Below are positions 47,674 to 60,588 of a stretch of 64,000 bases of DNA, piece by piece. Position 1 is the first letter of the stretch. The number at the start of each line of letters is the position of its first letter. The notes beneath the pieces are model-generated. The model had not been told where the DNA came from. It was given only the letters and a program-made list of their open reading frames with translations, and ran no database searches. This DNA is from Octopus sinensis (taxonomy: Eukaryota): NCBI RefSeq assembly GCF_006345805.1, contig NC_043014.1:7192001-7256000 (forward strand), in the 5' to 3' direction. The translations under genes and the position numbers were made by a program.

Positions 47674-48987
47674 CTGGAAAAGAAAAAGACACAACAGAAA
47701 CGTGTGAATGAAGGGTTTCTACATTTTTGCACAAATCCACAAATTTAGGGAGAACTGAAGATCTTGTAGTTAACTGAATCAACCCCAGTACATAACTGGT
47801 ACATCATCATCATCATCGTTCATCGTTTAGCGTCCGCTTTCCATGCTAGCATGGGTTGGACGGTTCAACTGGGGTCTGGGAAGCCAGGAGGCTGCACCAG
47901 GCCCAGTCTGATCTGGCAATGTTTCTACGACCCTGAATGGCAAAGTTGACCCCAGCGGAATTTGAACTCAGAACATAAAGATGGACAAAATACTACAAAT
48001 GATTCTGCAAGCTCACCACCTTCCTAATAATAATAATAATAATAATCCTTTCTACTATAGGCATAAGGCTTGAAATTTTGGGGGAGGGGAGCAGTTGATT
48101 ATATTAAACCCCAGTGTTTCACTGGTACTTAATTTACCAACTCTGAGAGGATAAAGGGCAAAGCCGACCTCAGTGGAATTTGAACTCAGAACTCCGTGAG
48201 TGTAGTGGGTGCTTTTTATGTACATATTTCATTATTAACCCCTATTACAACAGGGATGGAAAATGAAATGCAAAAGGGAATACTGATCTTTGGAGGTTCT
48301 GAAGTGGGTTTTTTTTCCAAACCACGACGTCTCATGTTCAATCACAGTCACGCTACACAGCATCTGGGGCACGGGTCTTCTTCTAAAGCACCAACCAAGC
48401 TGAATAAGGGCTGGTGAATGGATTTGAGAGAGAGAAACCAAAAGAAGCACATCGCACATGTGTATATGTATATGTGTATATATACATATGTGTGTGTGTG
48501 TGTGCATATATATATACATATTTGCATATTCATTATGTATGTGTGTGTGCATATTATATATTTGCATATTCATTATGTATGTGTGTGTGCATATACTTAT
48601 ATATTTGCATATTCATTATGTGTGTGTGTGCATATATTTATATATTTGCATATTCATAATGTATGTGTGTCTGTGCGTGTGTGTGTGTGCATATGTTTGT
48701 ATATTTGCATATTCATTATGAATGTGTGTCTGTGTGTGTTCACCAATTTGTGCTTGCCTACCTGCCTGCCACTGTTTGACAACCAGTGATGGTTTGTTTA
48801 TGTCCCTGAAACTTAGGGGGCTCGTCAGAAAGCAATGACAGAACAGGTTGCAGACTTTATCATCAAAATCGAGCACTGGGGTTGATCAGTTTTTAACTCG
48901 ACACTTCGGGGCAGTGCCCCAGCATGGCCACAGCTGTAAAAGATAAACGACAACACTAAAAGATCACACAGCAAAGACGTCTTCTAC

Positions 48988-49147
48988 CTTTTCTGTTGTC
49001 TCCAAGAGACGAGGCCAATAAGCAGGGTCTGATTTTGCCAGCGACATCTGTATGTTGTTTGGTTTGTGACGTACAAAACACTTGGAGATGACCACTTTGT
49101 CATAAAGTTCATAGGTTGCTAAAACCGGTTCTGTGCTGACCACTGGC
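48988..49147 (-). CDS. Coding exon, CS domain second half (R-PVVSTEPVLATYELYDKV...SLAKSDPAYWPRLLETTEK)
   Basis: Acceptor cttttcag|, phase 2; donor AAG|gtagaa, phase 0; L.K....WPRL motif of CS/p23 domains. Confidence 0.9.
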
Positions 49148-51929
49148 CTGAAAAGGAGAAAACAAAATGTACAAAGACCGACCCTCTTGACCACATCTGA
49201 ATGAGAACAAAATCTTAGGATATAAACAGGTATTGGTTTCAAATTTTGACACAGGGCAACAAGTTAGGAGGAGGGGGTTGAGGTGATTACACTGACCCCC
49301 CCCCCCAATATTCAACTGGTACTTATTTTATCAACTCTGAAAATAACCACTCGCGGAGTGGTTGGCCTTAGGAAGGGCATCCAGCTGTAGAAACACTGCC
49401 AGATCAGACTGGAGCCTTGTGCAGCCTCCTGGCTTCCCAGACCCCGGTCGAACCATCCAACCCATGCTAGCGCGGAAAACGGATGTTAAACGACGATGAC
49501 GATGATGATGGTGATAAAAGGAGAAGGGCAAATTTGACCTCAGCAGAATTTGAACTCAGAATGTAAAGACAGACGAAATGTTACGAAGTATTTTGCCCAA
49601 TGTGCTAATGATTGCGCCCCCAAAATCTCTTAGATATTGGTGGGAGTGGATGGTAGACGAAACCATGGAAGTATGGATGTGTGATGGTAGCTAGAGCAGG
49701 GGCAAGTGATGCTGGTATAGACATGTGACGTAGGCGCAGGAGTGGCTGTGTGGTAAGTAGCTTGCTTACCAACCACATGGTTTCGGGTTCAGTCCCACTG
49801 CGTGGCACCTTGGGCAACTGTCTTCTACTATAGCCTCGGGCCGACCAAAGCCTTGTGAGTGGATTTGGTAGACGGACACTGAAAGAAGCCCGTTGTATAC
49901 ATATATATATATATATATAAAATTAGAAAAAAAACACCTTTTATCAATTCAAAATGATTACAAATTGTGTGAAATTTGATTTAGTATTTCTAAATTGAAT
50001 TTTTTCCTTGTAAGTTTGGATTTTATTCCCTCAATTAATAATTATTATATGTATATATATATGTATATATATATATATATGTGTGTGAGTGTGTGTGTGT
50101 GTGTGTATGCTTGTGTGTCTGTGTTTGTCCCCCTCCCCCACCAACATCGCTTGACAACCGATGCTGGTTTGTTTACATCCCCGTAACTTAGCGGTTCGGC
50201 AAGAGAGGCCTATAGAATAAATACAAGGCTTACAAAAAATAAGCCCTGGGGTCGATTTGCTCGACTAAAGGCGCTGCTCCAGCATGGTCACAGTCAAATG
50301 ACTGAAACAAGTAAAAGAGTAAAGAGTATGTGATGGTAGTGGATGGCAGATAGGGTAGAGAAGGTAGGTGATGCTGGTATGACCATGAGGTGGAAGGTCA
50401 ATGCCTATGACCTTAATGGGACCCTCAAGACTGTAGGTAAATTCCATCTGACAAGCTTCCGCAGTTTTTGTCTGCCTAATTTCTCTCATAGAGTTTGGAT
50501 AAACCTGTCGCTATTGTAAAAGACCCTTGTCCAAGGTGCCACAGAAATGGGACCAAGCCCTTGATCCATGAGTCTTCAAGGCAACATCCTTGATCATCAG
50601 ATTATGCCGGTACTTTAGACTAAGATACGGCTGCGAGCTGGCAGAAACGTGAGCAGGCCGGGCGAAATGTGTAGCCGTATTTTGTCTGCCGCTACGTTCA
50701 GAGTTCAAATTCCACCGAAGTCGACTTTGCCTTTCATCCTTTCGGGGTCGATAAATTAAGTACCAGTTACGCACTGGGGTTGATGTAATTGACTTAATCC
50801 ATTCGTCTGTCCTTGTTTGTCCTCTCTGTGTTTAGCCCCTTGTGGGTAGTAAAGAAATAGGTATTTTGTCTGCCGCTACGTTCTGAGTTCAAATTCCGCC
50901 GAGGTCAACTTTGCCTTTCATCCTTTCGGGGTCGATTAAATAAGTACCAGTTACGCACTGGGGTCGATGTAATCGACTTAATCCGTTCGTCTGTCCTTGT
51001 TTGTCCCCTCTGTGTTTAGCTCTTTGTGGGTAGTAAAGAAATAGGTATTTTGTCTGCCGCTACGTTCTGAGTTCAAATTCCGCCGAGGTCAACTTTGCCT
51101 TTCATACTTTCGGGGTCGATTAAATAAGTACCAGTTACGCACTGGGGTCGATGTAATCGACTTAATCCGTTCGTCTGTCCTTGTTTGTCCCCTCTGTGTT
51201 TAGCCCCTTGCGGGTAGTAAAGTACCTAAAGATAGGTACTTTAGATTAAGATTTTGACAAAATGGACTCAGAATAAGGATGAAAAGACGGCCATGTGGTT
51301 ATACAAACTCAAACAAGGTAGACAAAAAGAGAGATGTATAAAGAAATAAAATGAAATGAGGAATTAGATAGGAGGAAGGGTGACCAATCAAGGGTGGAAA
51401 CATCAGAAATTATGAAGATCTGCATAGGAACAAGAAGGATACTGAAGATTTGGTAGTAGTAGGTTTCATAGAAGTTTCGTGGGAATATTGAATTCACAAG
51501 TGGTCCCTGACATCATCATCATCATCATCGTTTAACGTCCGTTTTCCATGCTAGCATGGGTTGGACGGTTCAACTGGGGTCTGGGAAGTCAGAAGGCTGC
51601 ACCAGGCCCAGTCTGATCTGGCAATGTTTCTACTGCTGGATGCCCTTCCTAACGCCAACCACTCTGTGAGTGTAGTGGGTGCTTTTTACATGCCACCTGC
51701 ACAGGTGCCTGGGGGGTCCGGCATTGGCCACGATCGGTTAGTGCTTTTTATGTGCCACCAGCACGGAAGCCAGCCAAGGCGGCGCTGGAATTGACCACGT
51801 TCGGATGGTGCTTTTTACGTGCTACCTGCACAGGTGCCAGACGAGGCTGGCAAACGGCCACAATCGGATGGTGCTTTTTACGTGCCACCAGCACGGTTTT
51901 ACGTGCCACCGCATGCATATCCCGAGTGA

Positions 51930-52600
51930 TGGGACGCCCTGTTTGCTGCGGAGTCTCTACAGACGCAGGGACAGAACGACCTTGAAGCCGCCAGTTGCCG
52001 ATCCTCTTGGTGCTTCTACAAAGGCACTTAAGGTGGTTTGGTCATGCGGCCCGGTGTCCAGAGGGTGAGCTGATTCGCGATGCCCTCCTCCCACCTCCAC
52101 TTCCCAGCTGGCGCAAACGCACGGGCGGGCAGCTGAAGACCTGGGCAACGATGATAAAGGAGGACCTCTCCGAATTCTCAGGTCCGCAGGTGGTCGGTCT
52201 GCGCAGATGGAACCTATTTCTTTATTACCCACAAGGGGCTAAACACAGAGGGGACAAACAAGGACAGACATAGGTATTAAGTCGATTACATCGACCCCAG
52301 TGCGTAACTGGTACTTAATTTATCGACCCTGAAAGGATGAAAGGCAAAGTCGACCGCGGTGGAATTTGAACTCACAACGTAACGCAGACGAAATACCGCT
52401 AAGCATTTCGCCTGGCGTGCTAACGTTTCTGCCAGCTCGCCACCTTCGTCTGCGCAGATGGAACCGCGAATGGCTTGCTATCTCCAGTGACCTCGCACAG
52501 GACCGTGGAGCATGAGCCACCATGGTTCATGATGCTGTTGGGACCAGAGGAGAAGCCGGCTCAACCCGCCCTAGGTGAACGTCGTCACACATACAAGTAA
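51930..52600 (+). mobile_element. RTE (BovB-like) 3' fragment interrupted by a family-B SINE monomer (52215-52447)
   Basis: HLRWFGHAAR...GGQLKTW..MIKEDL peptide; perfect 18-bp TSD gtctgcgcagatggaacc at 52197-52214 and 52448-52465. Confidence 0.85.
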
Positions 52601-52661
52601 GAACATGAAGGAGTTACAAATTTTAGAGAGGAGAGAAAAACTATCATTCGAATCAACTTAC

Positions 52662-52772
52662 CGAATGCGGATTGCAGTCTCATCAAAGCCTGCAGTGAAA
52701 TCTTCAGCACGGTCCATCTCGGCTGTCACCAGTAACCGGAATTTGTTCTGGCACCAGTAAATTGCAGGGGAG
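52662..52772 (-). CDS. Coding exon, CS domain first half (S-SPAIYWCQNKFRLLVTAEMDRAEDFTAGFDETAIRI)
   Basis: Acceptor ttcttgcag|, phase 2; donor CG|gtaagt, phase 2; P...W.Q motif. Confidence 0.9.
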
Positions 52773-53200
52773 CTGCAAGAAAAAAACCAGAAAGTGGAAT
52801 GATTAAGTAAATGTTAGAAGAAGACCAACATTTTTGAGGTTGATCAGTTATAAGCAAATCATCATCATCATCGTTTAACGTCCGCTTTCCATGCTGGCAT
52901 GGGTTGGAAGAGTATATATAATGTAATAGAAACCGGTTCAACCCCTTGACAACGGTTGATGCAAATATGCGATCACACTTTTGCTTGCCTACCCGTGGTT
53001 AACGTAAATATACGATGTAGAGCTGCCCTACATCTATCAGAAACTTTTTAGTGGCTGATGTATGTTTACGTTCACTATCATGTACTTTATATCTTCAGAT
53101 GCACGCGCTCGCCGTCCCGTGCATTATCTTAGCCATTTTAGGATACGTCATGAGACTAGCAGGAGACCAGTGGCATGCGAATACTTTACATGTATAATAC

Positions 53201-55638
53201 CTATTTCTTTACTACCCACAAGGGGCTAAACACAGAGAGGACAAACAAGGACTGACAAACAGATTAAGTCGATTACATCGTGACCCCGAAAGGATGAAAG
53301 GCAAAGTCGACCTCGGCGGAATTTGAACTCAGAACGTAACGGCAGACGAAATACCTATTTCTTTACTACCCACAAGGGGCTAAACACAGAGGGGACAAAC
53401 AAGGACAGACACACGGATTAAGTCGATTACATCGTGACCCCGAAAGGATGAAAGGCAAAGTCAACCTCGGCGGAATTTGAACTCAGAACGTAACGGCAGA
53501 CGAAATACCTATTTCTTTACTACCCACAAGGGGCTAAACACAGAGAGGACAAACAAGGACAGACAACGGATTAAGTCGATCACATCGACCCCAGTGCGTA
53601 ACTGGTACTTATTTTATCGACCCCGAAGGATGAAAGGCAAAGTCGACCTCGGCGGAATTTGAACTCAGAACGTAACAGCAGACGAAATACATATTTCTTT
53701 ACTACCCACAAGGGGCTAAACACAGAGAGGACAAAGAAGGACAGACAAATGGATTAAGTCGATTACATCGACCCCAGTGCGTAACTGGTACTTATTTTAT
53801 CGACCCCAAAAGGATGAAAGGCAAAGTCGACCTCGGCGGAATTGAACTCAGAACGTAACGGCAGACGAATACCTATTTCTTTACTACCCACAAGGGGCTA
53901 ACACAGAGAGGACAAACAAGGACAGACAAACGGATTAAGTCGATTACATCGTGACCCCGAAAGGATGAAAGGCAAAGTCAACCTCGGCGGAATTTGAACT
54001 CAGAACGTAACGGCAGACGAAATACCTATTTCTTTACTACCCACAAGGGGCTAAACACAGAGAGGACAACAAGGACTGACAAACAGATTAAGTCGATTAC
54101 ATCGTGACCCCGAAAGGATGAAAGGCAAAGTCGACCTCGGCGGAATTGAACTCAGAACGTAACGGCAGACGAAATACCTATTTCTTTACTACCCACAAGG
54201 GGCTAAACACAGAGGGGACAAACAAGGACAGACACACGGATTAAGTCGATTACATCGTGACCCCGAAAGGATGAAAGGCAAAGTCAACCTCGGCGGAATT
54301 TGAACTCAGAACGTAACGACAGACGAAATACCTATTTCTTTACTACCCACAAGGGGCTAAACACAGAGAGGACAAACAAGGACAGACAAACGGATTAAGT
54401 CGATCACATCGACCCCAGTGCGTAACTGGTACTTATTTTATCGACCCCGAAAGGATGAAAGGCAAAGTCGACCTCGGCGGAATTTGAACTCAGAACGTAA
54501 CGGCAGACGAAATACATATTTCTTTACTACCCACAAGGGGCTAAACACAGAGAGGACAAAGAAGGACAGACAAATGGATTAAGTCGATTACATCGACCCC
54601 AGTGCGTAACTGGTACTTATTTTATCGACCCCGAAAGGATGAAAGGCAAAGTCGACCTCGGCGGAATTTGAACTCAGAACGTAACGGCAGACGAAATACC
54701 TATTTCTTTACTACCCACAAGGGGCTAAACACAGAGAGGACAAACAAGGACAGACAAACGGATTAAGTCGATTACATCGTGACCCCGAAAGGATGAAAGG
54801 CAAAGTCAACCTCGGCGGAATTTGAACTCAGAACGTAACGGCAGACGAAATACCTATTTCTTTACTACCCACAAGGGGCTAAACACAGAGGGGACAAAGA
54901 AGGACAGACAAAGGGATTAAGTCGATTACATCGACCCCAGTGCGTAACTGGTACTTATTTTATCGACCCCGAAAGGATGAAAGGCAAAGTCGACCTCGGC
55001 GGAATTTGAACCCAGAACGTAACGGCAGACGAAATACCTATTTCTTTACTACCTACAAGGGGCTAAACACAGAGAGGACAAACAAGGACAGACAAACGGA
55101 TTAAGTCGATTACATCGACCCCAGTGCGTAACTGGTACTTATTTTATCGACCCCGAAAGGATGAAAGGCAAAGTCGACCTCGGCGGAATTTGAACTCAGA
55201 ACGTAACGGCAGACGAAATACCTATTTCTTTACTACCCACAAGGGGCTAAACGCAGAGAGGACAAACAAGGACAGACAAACGGATTAAGTCGATTACATT
55301 GACCCCAGTGCGTAACTGGTACTTATTTTATCGACCCCGAAAGGATGAAAGGCAAAGTTGACCTCGGCGGAATTTGAACTCAGAACGTAACGGCAGACGA
55401 AATACCTATTTCTTTACTACCCACAAGGGGCTAAACGCAGAGAGGACAAACAAGGACAGACAAACGGATTAAGTCGATTACATCGACCCCAGTGCGTAAC
55501 TGGTACTTATTTTATCGACTCCGAAAGGATGAAAGGCAAAGTTGACCTCGGCGGAATTTGAACTCAGAACGTAACGGCAGACGAAATACGGCTACGCATT
55601 TCGCCCGGCGTGCTAACTCTTCTGCCAGCTCACCGCCT
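53201..55638 (-). repeat. Family-B SINE array: 14 bodies (~154-bp and ~184-bp variants) with one head
   Basis: Unit starts at 53201, 53355, 53509, 53691, 53873, 54026, 54178, 54332, 54516, 54700, 54854, 55038, 55222 and 55406; a single head at ~55590-55638. Confidence 0.95.
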
Positions 55639-55754
55639 TCTTCTACTACTACTACTACTATCGTCACACCACAACAATTGATACAACACTATTCATCACC
55701 AACACCACCATCATCACACAACCCATACACTCCAATGGGTAGATTAACACTTAC

Positions 55755-56029
55755 CTGTTGTTGGTGCCACTGGTCGTCGGGGGGAGGCCATCGGAAGAAG
55801 GCCGCTGCTGCACATCGAGGCACGGCATGACTCTCACAGTCAGGTTCTCTAGTAACTCTTCACAGATCCGCAAAGAGTCTGCATCATAAAAGCTGCCGCC
55901 ACCGGCACCACCACCACCACCACCACCACCACCACCACCACCATCATCATCATCATTGGTAACATCATTATAATGATCACCTTCAGCATCATCACCATCA
56001 TCATCATCATCAACATGATCGTCATTCTT

Positions 56030-56090
<61 letters not shown>

Positions 56091-56456
56091 CCATCATCTT
56101 TGTCAAGTTTAACAGCATCATTATCACTAACAGCATGATCGCTGCTCTGAGCACCATTTTTCTCGTCACCGTCACCATCATCATCATCGTCGTCGTCGTT
56201 ATCAACATGACCGTTACCAACACTGTGATCACCCACATCTTGTCCATCATCAGCATCATCATCACCAACAACAGTGTGATCGCCGTTCTGAGCACCAGTT
56301 TTCTCATCACCATCATTATCATCATCACCACCATTCTTATCGTCATCATCATCGTCATCATCATTACTATGACGACTACCATTATCACAATTATCGGCAG
56401 CAGCAGTAGAATCAGAACTCCCAACAGAAGCAACACTGGCTAAAGCTTCCTTAAAA
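55755..56456 (-). CDS. 702-nt coding exon, mostly Asp/Gly-rich low complexity
   Basis: Acceptor aatttcag|, phase 2; donor AG|gtaagt, phase 2; the frame stays open through the (GAT)n/(GGT)n runs. Confidence 0.8.
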
Positions 56457-56645
56457 CTGAAATTAAAAACATAAAGAATATATATATCTATACATAGCAG
56501 GAGTGGCTGTGTGGTAAGTAGCTTGCTTACCAATCACATGATTCTGGGTTCAGTCCCACTTGGGCAAGTGTCTTCTACTATAGCCTCGGGCCGACCAAAG
56601 CCTTGTGAGTGGATTTGGTAGACAGAAATTGAAAGAAGCCCGTCG

Positions 56646-56701
<56 letters not shown>

Positions 56702-56984
56702 AGTTTGTGTGTCTGTGTTTGTCCCTCCAACATCGCTTGACAACCAATGGCGGTGTGTTTACATCCCCGTAACTTAGCGGTTCGGCAAAAGAGACCGATA
56801 CAATAAGTACTGGGCTTACAAAGAATAAGTCCCGGGGTCGAGTTGCTCCATTAAAGGCGGTGCTCCAGCATGGCCGCAGTCAAATGACTGAAACAAGTAA
56901 AAGAGTAAAAAGAGTAAAGGAGAGTAAATCCACAGAAATAATGGAACAAGGGCCTAAGTTTTGGTATTCTCCAAGGACACTTAC

Positions 56985-57085
56985 CTCATTAGAATTGGAA
57001 CGATGTTTAATTCCAGGAGCAACGTTTTGCTTTTCCGGCTTTGTTCCGAAAGGTGCTTGCAGACTTGAAGACAAATATGAACACA
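56985..57085 (-). CDS. Coding exon (CVHICLQVCKHLSEQSRKSKTLLLELNIVPILM)
   Basis: Acceptor gattgcag|, phase 0; donor AG|gtaagt, phase 2. Confidence 0.82.
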
Positions 57086-57870
57086 CTGCAATCAGAAGGA
57101 GAACAGTGAGAAATGGTTATGGCATGGAATAGCAGGGTAATATACATATATTTCTTTATTGCCCACAAGGGGCTAAACACAGAGGGGACAAACAAGGACA
57201 GACAAAGGGATTAAGTCGATTACATCGACCCCAGTGCGTAACTGGTACTTATTTAATCGACCCCGAAAGGATGAAAGGCAAAGTCGACCTCCGCGGAATT
57301 TGAACTCAGAACGTAAAGACAGACGAAATAACTATTTCTTTACTACCCATAAGGGGCTAAACACAGAGGGGACAAACAAGACAGACCAAGGGATTAAGTC
57401 GATTACATCGACCCCAGTGCGTAACTGGTACTTAATTTATCGACCCCGAAAGGATGAAAGGCAAAGTTGGCCTCGGCAGAATTTGAACTCACAACGTAAC
57501 GACAGACGAAATATGGCTACGCATTTCGCCCGGCGTGCTAACGTTTCTGCCAGCTCGCCGACTATATTGTACATAGTCGCAGGTGTGGCTGTGTGGGCTA
57601 AGAAGCTTGCTTCTCAACCACATGGTTCCAGGTTCAGTCCCACTGCGTGGCACCTTGGGCAAGTGGCTTCTCCTACAGCCTCAGGCTGACCAAACCCTAG
57701 AGCGGATTTGGTAGATGGAAATTGAAAGAAGCCCATCATACACACACATACACACACATATATATATATAAAGTTAATCCAAACATGAAAGCACAAAAAA
57801 ACACAACAACGCGAGGACGTGGAACAAATATAGTATTATTGGACGCTCAGGAAAGAAGGAAAGAAGGAGG

Positions 57871-57905
57871 GTTTAATGTTTCGAGCGGAGCTCTTCATCA
57901 GAAAC
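57871..57905 (-). ncRNA. Minimal type-I hammerhead ribozyme motif in a Penelope-type fragment (~57780-57950) nested in a SINE
   Basis: On the - strand: GUUU-CUGAUGA-A-GAGC-UCC-GCUC-GAAAC-AUU-AAAC. Stems I and II pair; position 16.2 is A instead of G. Confidence 0.6.
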
Positions 57906-58872
57906 ATAGGAGAAGGGAAGACAGAGGAGAAAAAATCGCCAATTGTACACATGCGGTCACATATATATATATATATGTTTGTGTGTCTGTGTTTTTCCCC
58001 CCTCACCATCGCTTGACAACCGATGCTGGTTTGTTTACATCCCCGTAACTTAGCGGTTCAGCAAAAGAGACCGATAGAATAAGTACAAGGCTTACAAAGA
58101 ATAAGTCCTGGGGTTGATTTGCTCGACTAAAGGCGGTGCTCCAGCATGGCCACAGTCAGATGACTGAAACGAGTAAGAGAATAAAAGAAAACAAGAATTA
58201 TCCAACTTACAAAATTTGCCAAATGCTGCCAAGGACCACCACAACTACAGCCTGGAACCACAACTGTCTTCACCACCGCTGCCACTACCACCACCACCAT
58301 TACCACATCAACTACAATCTCTGCCACTCCTATCATAATTGCCATCATTGGTACTGCAACCACTACTTTTTCTACCACCACCCACTACAACATCAACAAC
58401 CAGCAGACTCGCGGTCGGAGGATCGCGGTTTCGATTCCCAGTCCGGGCGTTGTGTATGTTTATTGAGCGAAAACACCTAAAGCTCCACGAGGCTCCAGCA
58501 GGGGGTGGTGGCGACCCCTGATGTACTCTTTCGCCCCCAACTTTCTCTCACTCTTTCTTCCTGTTTCTTGTCCTCCCCGACTTCCTACGCAACCGCTGAG
58601 CCTGGATGCGCATTCATCCATCCGTCGATGCTCTCGGTGTCGGGGGGTTGACCTGCTCTCTCTTCTGCGGGTCTTATGAATAGCAAAGGACCACGTTTCG
58701 GACTTCTCCCACTCTGGGAAGAAGACCGCTTCGCTCAACAAACAAACAAACAAACAAACAAACAAACATCAATAACAACAACAGCAACAGTGAAATACCA
58801 TTGACAAGAATCTGAAATTCAGGACGAAAAATGAAGAAAACTGCAGAAAAACGGAAAACATGGCTGACTGAC

Positions 58873-58948
58873 CTTGCTGCACTTTCTGTCTTTGATGATC
58901 TGCAGAATGGAATGGATTGGCTTTTCACGCTTCAGTTCATCGAGGCCA
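58873..58948 (-). CDS. Coding exon (S-GLDELKREKPIHSILQIIKDRKCSK)
   Basis: Acceptor ctccacag|, phase 2; donor AAG|gtcagt, phase 0. Confidence 0.8.
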
Positions 58949-58989
58949 CTGTGGAGGGAGAAGAAGAAGAATAAGATGACAACTAGTGT

Positions 58990-59440
58990 CAGCATTATCA
59001 TAATCACCATCGCCATCATAATCATAATCACCATCGCCATCATCATCACCATCGCCATCATCATCATCATCATCATCATCACTATTTATCATCACCATCA
59101 TCATAATCATCACCATCATCATCATCACCATCATAACCATCGCTATCCCCATCACCATTCATCACCATTACCATCACCATCACCATCATAACCATCGCTA
59201 TCACCATCATCATCATCACCATCACCATCATCATCATTATCATCATCACCATCACCATCATCATCATCACCATCATAACCATCGCTATCACCATCATCAT
59301 CATCACCATCACCATCATCATCATCACCATCATAACCATCGCTATCACCATCATCATCATCATCATTATCATCATCACAATTTATCATCACCACCATCAT
59401 CATCACCACCACCATCACCATCCTCATCATCACCATCAAC
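58990..59440. repeat. (CAT/CAC)n compound trinucleotide tract, intronic
   Basis: Directly visible; lies upstream of the 58948 acceptor. Confidence 0.9.
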
Positions 59441-59784
59441 CACCACTACCGTCTCCCCCGCCCCCTTCTCTCCGTCACCATCCTCATCACTTCACTAACC
59501 TTCTTGATGCTATCATTGTAACCACCACCGCCACCACCACCACCACCACCACCATCCTCAGCACAAAAAGGAAGAGAGGAGGCGGAATAAAAGGAACCAG
59601 GGGAGGAAGAGGAGAATGGGGAGGAGATGAAGGATAGAGAGGAGGCAGAGGTGGAAGGCACAACCACCACCACCACCACCACTAATAACAACAACAACAG
59701 CCATCATCTCTGTTACAATTGCCATATCATAACTTTCATCACAACTTTGGTCTCAGTGGTTTTTTTTCCCTTCCTCTTCTTTAA

Positions 59785-60504
59785 CCCTTTCATTGCCAAA
59801 CCGGCTGAAACTGGCTCTGAGTACAAATGTCTTGTTTTCAAAAGTTTTGCATTAAAATCTTCCGCAAAACCTTAGTCACAATTTATGTTCCTAACACTAG
59901 TTTAATGATAACTAAGTTATTTTACTAAATTCTTTGTTATATTTAAATTTAATTTAAAGAAACACAGAGAATCTCAACAGATATATGGTAACAAAAGGGT
60001 TAAAATATATAATAGAGAAACAATTCTTAATCCTTTTGATACCAACCTGGTTGAAACCGCTTCTGGCTCTGAGTACAAATGTCTTGTTTTCATAAGTTCT
60101 GAATTAAAATCTTCCACCAAACCTTAGTCTCAGTTTATGTTCCTAACACTATCTTAATGATAACTAAGTTAATTTACTAAATTCTTTGTTATATTTAAAA
60201 TTAATTGAAAGAAACACGGAGCATCTCAACAGAAATATGGTAACAAAAGGGTTAAAATATATATAATAGAGAAACAATTCTTAACCCTTTTGATACCAAC
60301 CTGGCTGAAACCAGCTCTGGCTCTGAGTACAAATGTCCTGTTTTCATAAGTTCTGAATTAAAATCTTCCACCAAACCTTAGTCACAATTTATGTTCCTAA
60401 CACTAGCTGAATGATAACTAAGTTATTTTACTAAATTCTTTGTTACTTTTAAAATAATTAAAAGACACACAGAGCACCTCAAAATAAATACAGTAACGAA
60501 AGGG
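59785..60504. mobile_element. Three tandem copies of the 220-bp piggyBac-type MITE (59785-59999, 60031-60251, 60285-60504)
   Basis: Each is bounded by TTAA; same family as 15285-15504, in the opposite orientation. Confidence 0.85.
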
Positions 60505-60588
60505 TTAACATGCACAAAACAAAAAGTGGAAGAAAGAGAAATAAATAAAAATTACTATAAATATTAAAAAAAAATATTACCACAATAC

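Noticed and set aside
56449-56450. Alternative acceptor taag|GAA for the acidic exon
   Set aside because: Unnecessary once the 56985-57085 exon (phase 2 out) was found; the upstream cag fits.
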